A DNA stretch of 64,000 nt, taken from assembly GCA_040285855.1 (NCBI GenBank), contig JAUFOQ010000002.1:434001-498000 (forward strand), given 5' to 3'. Within the stretch, counting starts at the first letter, position 1; each line of letters starts with the position of its first letter. This document shows positions 36,955 through 47,645 of this stretch, in pieces. The DNA is from Eukaryota sp. GEM-RC1. Taxonomy: Eukaryota. Under the pieces are notes generated by a model. That model did no database searches and was not told the DNA's origin. It saw only the letters and a list, made by a program, of their open reading frames with translations. Both the position numbers and the translations under genes were made by a program.

Positions 36955-37207
36955 TGAACAAGATTTTATAAGGGTAAAGATTCCACTTTTTACTTGAGGA
37001 GGTGAAACCTGGATTGTTGTGCTTCGAATTTTTGTCGTTTGTGTATTTTTGATTGGGAAATTGTAATCTGGCTAATTGATTTGTGTTCGAGAATTATATG
37101 CCAGTAAACAATTTATAACATTGAAGAGTCTCTAAAATCTACAAGATGAATCAATCAGGTGAATAACAAGGATAAAGATAGAAAACAGTTTATGAGAAGA
37201 AAACAAA

Positions 37208-37223
37208 AGTGTTGAAAAACACC
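37208..37223 (-). promoter_or_regulatory. Histone H3 3' stem-loop
   Basis: GGTGTT-TTTC-AACACT, 18 nt after the stop; same at 51301-51316. Confidence 0.75.
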
Positions 37224-37241
37224 GATAAAAACACTCCTTCT

Positions 37242-37649
37242 CTAGAAATCAGAACGGATTCTCTTAGCCAAAGCCATGTCCTTGGGCATAATGGTAACTC
37301 TTTTAGCATGGATAGCGCATAAGTTAGTGTCTTCAAACAGACCAACTAGATAAGCTTCAGCGGCTTCTTGAAGAGCAGAGATACCAGTAGCCTGGAATCT
37401 GAGTTCTCCCTTGAATTCCTGAGCAATCTCACGAACTAGACGTTGAAATGGCAACTTACGGATCAAAAGTTCAGTAGACTTTTGGTACTTTCTGATTTCA
37501 CGGAGAGCAACAGTTCCTGGACGATAACGATGGGGTTTCTTGATTCCACCAGTAGCGGGAGCGGCTTTACGAGCAGCTTTGTGAGCCAAATGCTTTCTGG
37601 GAGTTTTAGCAGAGGTAGTCTTGCGAGAAGTTTGCTTGGTACGGGCCAT
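37242..37649 (-). CDS. H3: Histone H3 (cluster 1), divergent tail
   Basis: [18 protein letters not shown]...[41 protein letters not shown]. Confidence 0.99.
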   Translation of the reverse strand: MARTKQTSRKTTSAKTPRKHLAHKAARKAAPATGGIKKPHRYRPGTVALREIRKYQKSTELLIRKLPFQRLVREIAQEFKGELRFQATGISALQEAAEAYLVGLFEDTNLCAIHAKRVTIMPKDMALAKRIRSDF

Positions 37650-37966
37650 TTGTGATGAATATTGTGGTAGTGGGATGACATTGTTGACATTTCAATATGC
37701 AGGGAAATTGTCGTGCTGAGAATATTTTCTCGTGTTCTACTTTGACTAGGACTGGACTATTTTGCCTTGGAGTCTTTGGTGGGAGCAAATATTGACTTAA
37801 TGTTGTGTTGAACCAGACGATGTGTGTCTTGAATATACGCTCCTGATACATAGTCTTCGCTAAATCAGTTGATATTGTTGCTTAGATAATCAGTCGAAAT
37901 GAATACAACAAACGATGCAGAGAAATGTTGAAGTAAACAAAAACAAAGAAAGTAAAACATTTATAA

Positions 37967-37982
37967 AGTGTTGAAAAACACC
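37967..37982 (-). promoter_or_regulatory. Histone H2B 3' stem-loop
   Basis: GGTGTT-TTTC-AACACT, 10 nt after the stop; same at 52057-52072. Confidence 0.75.
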
Positions 37983-37992
37983 ATCAAACAAC

Positions 37993-38421
37993 TTACTCGG
38001 CTTCCCCTGAGGAACTAAACTTGGTAACAGCCTTGGTACCTTCAGAAACAGCATGCTTTGAAAGTTCACCAGGTAACAATAATCTAACAGCAGTTTGAAT
38101 CTCCCTTGAGGACAAAGTGTTTCTCTTGTTGATTCTAGCAAGACGGGAAGCTTCAGTGGCAATACGTTCAAAGATATCATTGACAAAAGAGTTCATGATT
38201 CCCATAGCCTTGGTTGAGATACCAGTATCGGGATGAACTTGACGCAAAACACGATAAATGTAGGTAGCCCAGGTCTCCTTACGGGCCTTCTTACGCTTGA
38301 CCACAGTAGGAGCTGCTCCTTCAGCTACAGCTTTGGCAGGAGCCTTGGAAGGGGCTTTAGCGGGAACTCCCTTGATGGACTTGGTAGACTTGGTAGACTT
38401 TACAGATTTCTTTCCGGGCAT
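37993..38421 (-). CDS. H2B: Histone H2B (cluster 1)
   Basis: [35 protein letters not shown]...[17 protein letters not shown]. Confidence 0.99.
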   Translation of the reverse strand: MPGKKSVKSTKSTKSIKGVPAKAPSKAPAKAVAEGAAPTVVKRKKARKETWATYIYRVLRQVHPDTGISTKAMGIMNSFVNDIFERIATEASRLARINKRNTLSSREIQTAVRLLLPGELSKHAVSEGTKAVTKFSSSGEAE

Positions 38422-38573
38422 TGAGGATAGAACTTGTTGTTCGATAGAATTGAAAAGTGAGAAAAAGATTCCGTTCAGGTGAACCGCACCACCACGAGAA
38501 TCTTTGCCTCACCTAAATTGTCGTGTTCATTTGTTACACCAATTTCTACAGATTCATTTTCTCGTCTCATTTA

Positions 38574-38954
38574 ATGTCTGAAGAAACTGGTGCCCGTACT
38601 CTCTCCTACAAAGCTGGACTCCAATTCCCTGTTGGTCGTATCCGTCGTTATCTCCGTGAAGGAAAGTATTCCGAACGTGTTGGTGCCGGAGCTCCTGTCT
38701 ACATGGCTGCTGTCCTTGAGTATCTGACTGCTGAAGTTTTGGAATTGTCTGGTAACGCTGCTAGAGACAACAAGAAGTCTCGTATTGTTCCTCGTCATAT
38801 TCTCTTGGCTATCCGTAATGATGAAGAACTCAGCAAACTCTTGTCTCATATTATGATTCCTTCTGGAGGTGTTTTGCCTCACATTCACTCAGATTTGTTA
38901 CCTAAAGGTTCCAGATCTCGTGATACCGCTGAGTCTGGTTCTCAAGAGATTTAA
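38574..38954 (+). CDS. H2A: Histone H2A with H2A.X-type SQEI end (cluster 1)
   Basis: [11 protein letters not shown]...[20 protein letters not shown]-terminal SQEI; true ATG at 38574. Confidence 0.98.
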   Translation: MSEETGARTLSYKAGLQFPVGRIRRYLREGKYSERVGAGAPVYMAAVLEYLTAEVLELSGNAARDNKKSRIVPRHILLAIRNDEELSKLLSHIMIPSGGVLPHIHSDLLPKGSRSRDTAESGSQEI

Positions 38955-38963
38955 GTAGATTAC

Positions 38964-38979
38964 AGTGTTTGTCAACACT
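38964..38979 (+). promoter_or_regulatory. Histone H2A 3' stem-loop
   Basis: AGTGTT-TGTC-AACACT, 9 nt after the stop; same at 53053-53068. Confidence 0.75.
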
Positions 38980-39077
38980 TGTTCATAAACGATCTTGTTT
39001 GTTATTTATTTTTCAATTGAATCAAAATCTGAAAGACACGACGTCAGCAAAGACAACATGAAAGGAATATTTAAAAT

Positions 39078-41460
39078 CATACTTTTCAATTACTGGGCTG
39101 TTGGGGCAGGAATTCCTTCAAAAAATTACGACTACTGCAGAAATTCTTGGAATTCTCAGAGTTATAATTACAGTCTACCCTCCCAATATGACCACCCTCC
39201 GAATATGACCACCCTCCCATTATGACCAAATTTTCACCGTCCGACTTTTTGTCTTCTCTTATCCGATTCCCTTACTCCAAATAAACCGGTTTCCTTTTTC
39301 GTTTCTTATATGTCAACATTATCGTGATCTCTTTCGATCATGTTTTTGATGGTTTTCATAACAAAACTCACATTTTTGACTTCACATATCTATATCCTAT
39401 TGCTACAACATCTTTGATGGCTCACGTGTTGTTAATTATCACTTGGCTAAGACAATCTCATGTGTTCTGGTCAGATCTTATTCCTCATAATCTCCTCCCC
39501 CTCGAACCACTTTAGATCATGTCAAACAATGTTTTGGTCTTGTCTGTGGAGGAAAATTGTGTTGAGAGAGGAGCTCTCTCAAAAACAGCCACTTCCCCCT
39601 CAGTAACGCCTTTTCAGCATTCCTCCTTCGTCACAATCACCAGAAATTCTATTGTGCACTCGTACGTTCATAGTTCTCTCCTATTTGAATGTTGGTGAAC
39701 ATTTTTTCCTCCAAATTACGCTTATCCGCTTGCTGTGAGTCATAGCACTTCATCCTCTCCCTAGATAGGCGCTTTGAAAGTTATTGCCTTCCTTTTATCG
39801 CGATCTGAAATCCTGTACAAGATCATTGCTTTGGTGATCTTAGCCCTTACACTTTCTCTCTATAGTTGTTATCTGTTGATAAAAGCTGAAAGTAGTGGTC
39901 AAACTCTCTGTAGCAGTTATTACTTCGTCAAAATTGTCACAATGTCTCCTTGTTTTTCCCCAAACATCTGTTCACCTAACTGGTGATAGATCCAGCTCCA
40001 ATTCTCCCTTCAATAGATGCACGGTTGTCTTAGCTTGTTGTTTTATTTGTTATAAACGATCGACGATCGCTGTTCATTCTATAAAAACCAAACCCTCCGA
40101 ATAAGTCCACCCTCCCAATAAGACTGGTCCGACACCTGGTCATATTGGGAGGGTAGACTGTACTCTGGAATTCATATAATTACCGGAGATTTTCCGTGAA
40201 GATTTCTCTTCACCCAATTTCTGCCATTATAATTACAATGATATTGTCTTAAACATAAAAGTGTTATCCACATTGAGTACAGTATTGTGGTCGAAAATTA
40301 GCCCATTTTGCAGTCAATGTACGGAACCAAAATTTTCAACTTGTGCTACATATTTGAGAGGGATTTCCATATGCATATGATTTGTTTTGTCACAAAAGAG
40401 AGAGAGATGTTTATTCGGCACCCAATAAGGTAACCTTTCTACAAACTATGAAATTGTAAAAACAAACAAATAATACTAAGATTAAATCCAAACGACTTCA
40501 TCACCACCCGGTAAAAGATTACGTTTATCTACATGAACCTTCACACCAAACTTGTACAATTTCTCAATTAATCTAGAGAAATAGAAAGGCATATTCCGAT
40601 ATATGGAAAACACTATACGGTTTTTCCATTCAGCCATTCTAAACTTACGCTTCTTTTCTTTACACAATTCTTCGAAATCCTTGAAAAATTGATCACCAGC
40701 AGGACTAATAGATCCAAAATTGTCACAAAATGTAATTGTTTCTATTGAAGTTAAAGATTCGTCATCAAGTGATGATCTTTTTTTGCCCTTGATATTTTCA
40801 GCAACGGAAAAAATTCTTTCACATGGAATTGAGGAATAATAATAATAATAATAATAATCAGGAAATCTCTGCGCAAGTAGGATACTCTTTACTGTGCAAT
40901 TTCCACTATACAAGAGGACATGACTTAATATCGTTTGGATGTAAACTCTTGTACCTTTGAAATTGATCCTCTTCCACTATAACATCATGATCATCTTGGG
41001 AAGTGGTGGGAAACGTCAGAATTCCTTGATGATTTTTCAGACATGAGAGAGAGAAGTATCGAACCAAGAATATTAATAAACAATCACGGAAGATAACTTA
41101 TGTTATGAACTTCGTCAACTTGTTCATTTACTTGTTTTATTGTTCTAATAAAGTTCAAGCCACGGGTTGAGCCATATGGTTTGGCTTGTAAAATTCCAAA
41201 CTGACTTGGCTTGGGCTTGAATTATTTGTGTAAGTCAAGCCAAATTTGGATATGACTTGGCTCAAGTTTATCCAGTGTAGGATTTAAGTTGTACTTACAA
41301 CGAAATCCTAGGCATGAGATTTAGTTATGTTTTGTCCTGGGAATTGAAGATTTGTTTGTTTAAGGAATTCCTCGAATTCCAGTAATTCTGGCGTTCCAAA
41401 ATTGGGGCTTCAGGAATTCCTACAATTACGATTACTGAAAATTTATAATTGAAAACTATG
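39078..41460 (-). mobile_element. Decayed hAT element (GGAATTCC family) with nested pogo-type and non-LTR insertions
   Basis: TIR CATACTTTTCAATTA/TAATTGAAAACTATG; TSD TTTAAAAT/TTTATAAC (6/8); hAT dimerization remnant SSIPCERIFSVAENIKGKKRSSLDDESL. Confidence 0.75.
39171..40160. mobile_element. pogo/Tc1-type non-autonomous element
   Basis: Perfect 24-bp TIR CAGTCTACCCTCCCAATATGACCA; TA TSD; subterminal ACCCTCC.AATA repeats. Confidence 0.88.
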
Positions 41461-41714
41461 TTTATAACCATGGTTTTTGAGACAAAACTCCATCTAAGAG
41501 TAAGATAAGATCGTGTGAAAAGAAAGTGGAACAGATCATACTATCAAATGACGTGATCACTGTTAGGCGACAAAGTCCAATTGGAACTGTATTTGATCAG
41601 ATTAAGAAAAGTCATCACCCTTTACAAAGTGCTTTACAGGTACTTTCAACAAGTTCTGATTGCAGACCAGTAGGATTTCTTTAAGGATTTCTTGGTCAAA
41701 GGATTTGTACCTCT

Positions 41715-42992
41715 TCAACAAAGCTCTCTGGGAGGAGGTAAGAGTGGGATGAAGTTAGTGAAGACAGCAGCAGAGAAAGATTGGCGGTCCGTCTCGGTGA
41801 GATCAGAGAGATTGGAAAAGCAATCTGAGGGAATTGGGGTGTGAGACGGGAAGGAAGTTTGACCAAATGGTGAAGTATTAGAACTAAATGGTTGTGCAGC
41901 AGTTGTGGATTGACCAAAAGGTCCGGTCTTGGCAGCTGAAGTTTGTTGAGCAAAGCCAGAAGATGAAGGTGCTGAAGTTTGACCAAATGGCGAAGTATTA
42001 GAACTAAATGGTTGTGCAGCACTGGTAGATTGACCAAAAGGTCCGGTCTTGGCAGCTGAAGTTTGTTGAGCAAAGCCAGAAGATGAAGGTGCTGAAGTTT
42101 GACCAAATGGCGAAGTATTAGAACTAAATGGTTGTGCAGCACTGGTAGATTGACCAAAAGGTCCGGTCTTGGCAGCTGAAGTTTGTTGAGCAAAGCCAGA
42201 AGATGAAGGTGCTGAAGTTTGACCAAATGGCGAAGTATTAGAACTAAATGGTTGTGCAGCACTGGTAGATTGACCAAAAGGTCCGGTCTTGGCAGCTGAA
42301 GTTTGTTGAGCAAAGCCAGAAGATGAAGGTGCTGAAGTTTGACCAAATGGTGAAGTATTAGAACTAAATGGTTGTGCAGCACTGGTAGATTGACCAAAAG
42401 GTCCGGTCTTGGCAGCTGAAGTTTGCTGAGCAAAACCAGAAGATGAAGGTGCTGAAGTTTGACCAAATGGTGAAATATTAGAACTAAATGGTTGTGCAGC
42501 ACTGGTAGATTGACCAAAAGGTCCGGTCTTGGCAGCTGAAGTTTGTTGAGCAAAGCCAGAAGATGAAGGTGCTGAAGTTTGACCAAATGGTGAAGTATTA
42601 GAACTAAATGGTTGTGCAGCACTGGTAGATTGACCAAAAGGTCCGGTCTTGGCAGCTGAAGTTTGTTGAGCAAAGCCAGAAGATGAAGGTGCTGAAGTTT
42701 GACCAAATGGTGAAGTATTAGAACTAAATGGTTGTGCAGCACTGGTAGATTGACCAAAAGGAGAGATCATGGTTGTTGGTGGTTGTTGAGATGAAACTGA
42801 AGCAAAAGGAGCAGATGATTGACTAAATGGTGAAGCAGTGGTACTAAATGGCAGTGAAGCAGCTGATGGTTGGCCAACTTGAGTGGAAGAAGAAAACGAA
42901 GAGCTTTGACCAAACGGTGATGAAAATGGCTGAGTTGATTGTCCAAAAGGAGAGTTTTGAGTGGTTGATGGAGATATGCTATTCAAATTCAT
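41715..42992 (-). CDS. FG-repeat nucleoporin, NUP42/NUPL2(CG1)-like
   Basis: PFGQ/PFS repeats; C-terminus LTETDRQSFSAAVFTNFIPLLPPPRELC resembles the Gle1-binding F...F....IP..PPP.EL motif. Confidence 0.78.
   Translation of the reverse strand: MNLNSISPSTTQNSPFGQSTQPFSSPFGQSSSFSSSTQVGQPSAASLPFSTTASPFSQSSAPFASVSSQQPPTTMISPFGQSTSAAQPFSSNTSPFGQTSAPSSSGFAQQTSAAKTGPFGQSTSAAQPFSSNTSPFGQTSAPSSSGFAQQTSAAKTGPFGQSTSAAQPFSSNISPFGQTSAPSSSGFAQQTSAAKTGPFGQSTSAAQPFSSNTSPFGQTSAPSSSGFAQQTSAAKTGPFGQSTSAAQPFSSNTSPFGQTSAPSSSGFAQQTSAAKTGPFGQSTSAAQPFSSNTSPFGQTSAPSSSGFAQQTSAAKTGPFGQSTSAAQPFSSNTSPFGQTSAPSSSGFAQQTSAAKTGPFGQSTTAAQPFSSNTSPFGQTSFPSHTPIPSDCFSNLSDLTETDRQSFSAAVFTNFIPLLPPPRELC
41854..42761 (-). repeat. 120-bp tandem repeat, about 7.6 near-identical units, within the nucleoporin gene
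   Basis: GTCCGGTCTT recurs every 120 bp from 41921 to 42641; units differ by only a few bases. Confidence 0.97.
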
Positions 42993-43292
42993 TAAGACAT
43001 AATTGAAGAGAGATTAGATTTTGGAAAAATCGAATTGTGTTTGCTACAAAATTGTATTTTGAGAGGTATGGTGATTTCTGTATCTAACGGTGAAGTATCT
43101 CTTGGAAGAGATATCCTCAATGTCAGTCATGTGGCTAAAGCATAAATTGAGTACAAAAGTAACCAATTTTGCTGTACAAAAATAGCTATGTTCATCCTGA
43201 AAACTTCTTTATAGGAAGTACTGCATGGACCTTGAGGATGTTGATTATTAGACGAATGTACACTTTAGTGTTGTTGTAATAAACAGAGAAAG

Positions 43293-43558
43293 TACTAGTG
43301 TTACCACTAAGCTAATAGCGCTATTAGCTTAGTGGTAACAAAAGGTTTGCTGCTCTTCGAAGGTCGAAGGTTCGAGTCCGGGTGAGGTCGAACAAGAAAT
43401 ACTTGTAGTATGTACTATAACAATGACCACACAGAGGTGTGCTATTTCCTGGAGGTACTGCTAAGCTGGTAGCGTAAGAAAGACCCGACGAAGGGCACCA
43501 GCAAACCTTTTGTTACCACTAAGCTAATAGCGCTATTAGCTTAGTGGTAACACTAGTA
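43293..43558 (+). mobile_element. 266-bp foldback element: 60-bp perfect TIRs, each with a 42-bp palindrome, enclosing a tRNA-like Pol III unit
   Basis: 43293-43352 is the reverse complement of 43499-43558. Palindrome TGTTACCACTAAGCTAATAGC|GCTATTAGCTTAGTGGTAACA at 43299-43340 and 43511-43552. A box TAGCTTAGTGG, B box GGTTCGAGTCC, T4 at 43508-43511. Confidence 0.75.
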
Positions 43559-44031
43559 ATGATTTTTGGTATAAATAGTCATTTTTGACAGAATGCCAAA
43601 TACAATAGCTTTGAATCCAATTTCTGAACATGTTGTAGGGCAGTGCACTGACTGACTAGACTATACTACAGACTACAGAACTAGAGTGAGAGTGAAACCA
43701 CTTAATTAAACTAAATAGTGTTATGCAAAGATGAACTAATAACAATAACAAGGAGTTCAAGTACAACACAAGTCTGGACAGTGTTTGTGGAGGTTCGGAC
43801 ATTGTGTTAACACAAATGTGTAGTGTGTTAGTAGACTAAGGATCAGACTAATGTATTTTGGAAACAGAATTTCTCACTAAGAATGCGAATTAGTGTGTGG
43901 ACTGAACTACATGTAATTAACATTGATACACACAATCCTTGCTTGTACTAGCACCAAGTAACTATGATTTAAATTCAAAGATAAATAGAAAATTGATAAT
44001 TAAAAAAACTAAACATTAAACTTGATAAAAA

Positions 44032-45672
44032 CTACAAATCCTCAGGCTGAGTTTCAGCCACGTTGTCGTCTTCGATCACGTCATCATTAGATGTCGAGTG
44101 ATCTTCAGAATCATTATCTTCCTCCTGATGATCTTCCTCAACATTGTCGACTTCCTTCGCCCCTTCTTCTTTCTTGACATCTTCATCCTCAACCTGATCA
44201 TCAGCTGACTTTACTTCTGGTTCGTTCAAATCTCCTCCCTCGGTGTTGTCAACGACTTCTATTGACTTCTCCTTTGACTCAACATCTTCTTCTTCAATGA
44301 CTACGTCAACCTGGTCATCAGTATTAACTTTAATCACTTTGTACCGATGAATAGTTAAAGAAATCAAGAAACCAACAAACAAAACAATAGTCAATAAATA
44401 GAAAAACGGAGAATAAATTCCAGAAAGATCTCCATCAGTAACCGCATCTTCTGCTCGATCTCTCATAAAAGAGGCTAAAATCGGTCCAACTAACCCACTG
44501 GTTGCCCAAGCACTTAAAGTAACTCCAAAGATTGACCCAACAACTTTACTACCAAATGTATCAGATAGAAGTGCTGGAAGAGTGCCGAAAGAACCTCCCA
44601 TATTGGCATAGACAACACAAGCAAATGCTACAAAGGCAATTAACCAACCGTTAGGCATTGAGATAGCGATAAGAGTTGAGACGATGGCTTGACTCGAGGT
44701 ATAGTAGGCGAACATCCACTTTCTGTTATATCCCTTATTGGCAACGTAATCTGAGATCGCTGGATTCCAAAACCTTCCTCCAGTGTTAAAGAAAGAAAAG
44801 ATAACTAAGTATCTACCTGCAACTCTTGGTGTTAGTTCAAACACTTCTTCAAGGATAGGGACAATTGCAGAGATTAATGAAACACCGCAGAAACACGCGA
44901 TTGCTTGGGTAAACCAACATCTATAGTAGAGAGATGTTTTGAAAACTTCCTTTGCAGTAATGTCAGGTTCATCGAGAATAGCCGAGGAAGCAGCAGGATT
45001 CATCTTTGGAGGGACATAGTTTGGGGGAGGGTTACGGATGAAGAAGGAAGCGATGGCGATGGCGATAGAGCCATAGATAGCAACCGCAGTGAAAGTGAAG
45101 ACAAGACCATAGTTTTCAACAAGTGGGGTATTGATAAGACCAGAAAGAGAAGGACCAAGACCAAATCCAGAGACGGCTACTCCACCTGCTAGACCTTTCA
45201 TATCAGGAAACCATCTCATAATGGGTGGGACAGGACACACATAACTAATGTAAGAAAAAGAGAAGAAACTAACCCTTGACCAAAAGAAATACCAGCGATT
45301 GTGTAAGAAACAAAGAAAAAGCACCATGTTGTTTAGATGGACGAACAGGGCACAACCAAGATGACCAATAAGGAAGAGAGCAGCGCAGACAAAACCAAGA
45401 TTTTTAGGACCAATAACAGATCCGAGTTTACCAGCAAACATGGCGGAGTAACCTAGACCACCAAGGCCCAATCCATAGGCAACAAAACCAGCATTGTGCC
45501 ACTCAGGGCCTTTTGCACGAAGAAAAGATGTAAAAACACTGAAACCATAGACCTGTCCAATGCAGAGATGAATAATAAAACCAGCAACCAACAAAACAAA
45601 CCGGTTATTGATACCACGGGTTCGAGGATCGTCGGGACCGGAGTAGTCAGGCTGATCTGAAGTGGAGGTCAT
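44032..45672 (-). CDS. MFS transporter, oxalate:formate antiporter (OFA/OxlT) family; intron 45245-45273 (29 nt) masked by a +1 indel near 45312-45320
   Basis: LCIGQVYGFSVF, WFPDMKGLAGGVAVSGFGLG, FNTGGRFW, GGSFGTLPALLSDTFG. The corrected junction reads LFLVSYTIAGISFGQGYVCPV. Acidic C-terminal tail. Confidence 0.88.
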   Translation of the reverse strand: MTSTSDQPDYSGPDDPRTRGINNRFVLLVAGFIIHLCIGQVYGFSVFTSFLRAKGPEWHNAGFVAYGLGLGGLGYSAMFAGKLGSVIGPKNLGFVCAALFLIGHLGCALFVHLNNMVLFLCFLHNRWYFFWSRVSFFSFSYISYVCPVPPIMRWFPDMKGLAGGVAVSGFGLGPSLSGLINTPLVENYGLVFTFTAVAIYGSIAIAIASFFIRNPPPNYVPPKMNPAASSAILDEPDITAKEVFKTSLYYRCWFTQAIACFCGVSLISAIVPILEEVFELTPRVAGRYLVIFSFFNTGGRFWNPAISDYVANKGYNRKWMFAYYTSSQAIVSTLIAISMPNGWLIAFVAFACVVYANMGGSFGTLPALLSDTFGSKVVGSIFGVTLSAWATSGLVGPILASFMRDRAEDAVTDGDLSGIYSPFFYLLTIVLFVGFLISLTIHRYKVIKVNTDDQVDVVIEEEDVESKEKSIEVVDNTEGGDLNEPEVKSADDQVEDEDVKKEEGAKEVDNVEEDHQEEDNDSEDHSTSNDDVIEDDNVAETQPEDL

Positions 45673-47645
45673 AGGGTGGGGAGAAATTCAGAAATGAAAC
45701 ATCATCAAGGTCAAATTCCATTAAAATGGGTTTATCCTTCAATGATCAATACATGAACTGCTTCATTACGAAAATTTTTGATGTGTTCTTCAATACTGGT
45801 GGAAATAGTTGCGTTTTCAATTTAAATTTTAAGAATGCTTTTAATTCTGTTAATCTGTTGTACTCAGTCTTTTTTTGAAGAATTTGAGATAAGAGGAGTC
45901 GTCAATTTCTCCTGATCTTTGGGAAACTTGTTCCCCAGCTGATTTTTGGAAAACACTCGAGAACAGTGTGACTTCCCAGAACCTTGTTCTAAAGAAACTC
46001 CAAAAACGTTTTTTTAACACATTTTGAATGTTTAGATTTCAGAACAATTTAAAATTTGACTTGACTCAGTAAAAGAAATAATGCAACATTCACAAGATAA
46101 TAATTGATTGAAAGGACAGTTCTTCAGTTGTACTGATTGAGCAAGTTCCACAAGTTTATCGATTGTTGGTGAATGATTATCAATGGACTACAGCATTTAG
46201 ACTTCGATGCTTCCTGTGGTCCTCTAATTTACCTAATGATCTTGAATGTAAACGTGGTCATTTACTAATTACTAAATAGTAATTAGTACTTTGATAACAC
46301 CCTTTGAGTTATTTCTATGAAAAACAAGCTTCTCTGAGTTTCACTGCCAATGAGTATTGTTTTAAGTATATTGAGTTCTAGTTTTCAGTTCTTATCTTAA
46401 TGCTTCTGTTTTAAAAACAGTTTTGCTAAACAAATTCAGTGATTTGAACTCTGATGTTTTGTTCATTGAAAACTTCAAGACGTAGTTCCTGATTTGATGT
46501 TTAGCAATAATCTGTTTTTATTGTTAATTCTCTCATTAAACAGTGTAATTATTGTGGATTTTGAATTATTAAGGTCAACAATTAGTGTGCACCACACTAA
46601 TTCTAATTTTTGAACTTTCCTTTCATATTGTATTAAATTAGTTTGGGTACAACTGTAACTCTTGCTGATACATCGGCATATAGAGAAACTTTGTAAGCCA
46701 TCAATGCAGGCATGTCTGATAAAGAACTCAACGGTTCTACCTGTTAATACTATCGTTATCAATAAATGCCAGTCTATTTGGTTAAATCTATGAAACGAAA
46801 AGAAGTATGAACCTATCGAAAATGAGAATTGACAACAAAGTGGTAAACTAGAGAATTCATATCAGAAATGATGTCTGGAACCAAATTTATCAAAAATTGA
46901 ATGAAGAACGTGATCAAGAACGGTTAACGGTTATACAAACCTTACTTATCATCTATAGCCTCAGGAACGTGGGAAGAATCACCACTCAAGACACACCTCT
47001 AACTGATTACTGGCAAGTATAGAAGTAACGCTTCCTATGTGTAGAGCCACAACACTTGACATGTCAGTGGTGATGAAGAGTAAAATCGATTGAATATTGT
47101 GACAAGTACTAGTATATTGTTCTGTATTTCAGTAAATTGATTTTTGATGAACTAGACTAATATATAACATCTGAATTTGCTGTGGACCACACTAATTAAC
47201 AAGAATTAGAATTAGTATGGTTAACAATTAGTATGGACCACATATAGCTGTCAAACTGCTCGGCTCAAGCCATAAGCCGATCGACTTGAGCCAAGTCATA
47301 TCCAAATTTGGCTGGGCTTACTCCAATGACTCAAGCCAAAACCAAGCCAGTTTGGATTTTTACAAGCCAAACCATATGGTTCAAGCCCTTGGCAGTTCTC
47401 GGACCACACTAAATCTAATTTTCGATGCTGAAAAATTATTATAGAATGAGTGTGATCCAGACTAATTACACTGTTTACTGTAATTGATATGCACCACCTC
47501 AAAGGCTCAGTCAAATACGACCATTTGATTGACTACTTCTCAAATAGAGATCCGCGTACGAGTCTGTTTCAGGATGTTTACCAGTTTCTTCCTAGGTTTT
47601 CATTGCGTCTGGACATTTTAGAATCTTTTCAAAAATCAGTTTATT

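Noticed and set aside
41854..42761. CRISPR-like array, or the 353-aa Leu/His-rich ORF 41696-42757
   Set aside because: Contiguous tandem units with no unique spacers; the alternative ORF is a shadow frame of the in-frame repeat.
43318..43392. Functional tRNA gene
   Set aside because: A and B boxes are present, but the acceptor stem and T stem (GAAGG/CCGGG) do not pair and there is no clear anticodon arm.
43440..43510. Hammerhead ribozyme or SRP RNA inside the foldback element
   Set aside because: No CUGAnGA/GAAA core with supporting stems and no recognisable SRP helix-8 motif by eye; an Infernal search would settle it.
41155..47392. Composite transposon carrying the NUP42-like and MFS genes between inverted repeats
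   Set aside because: The two element fragments face away from the enclosed genes and no shared TSD was seen.
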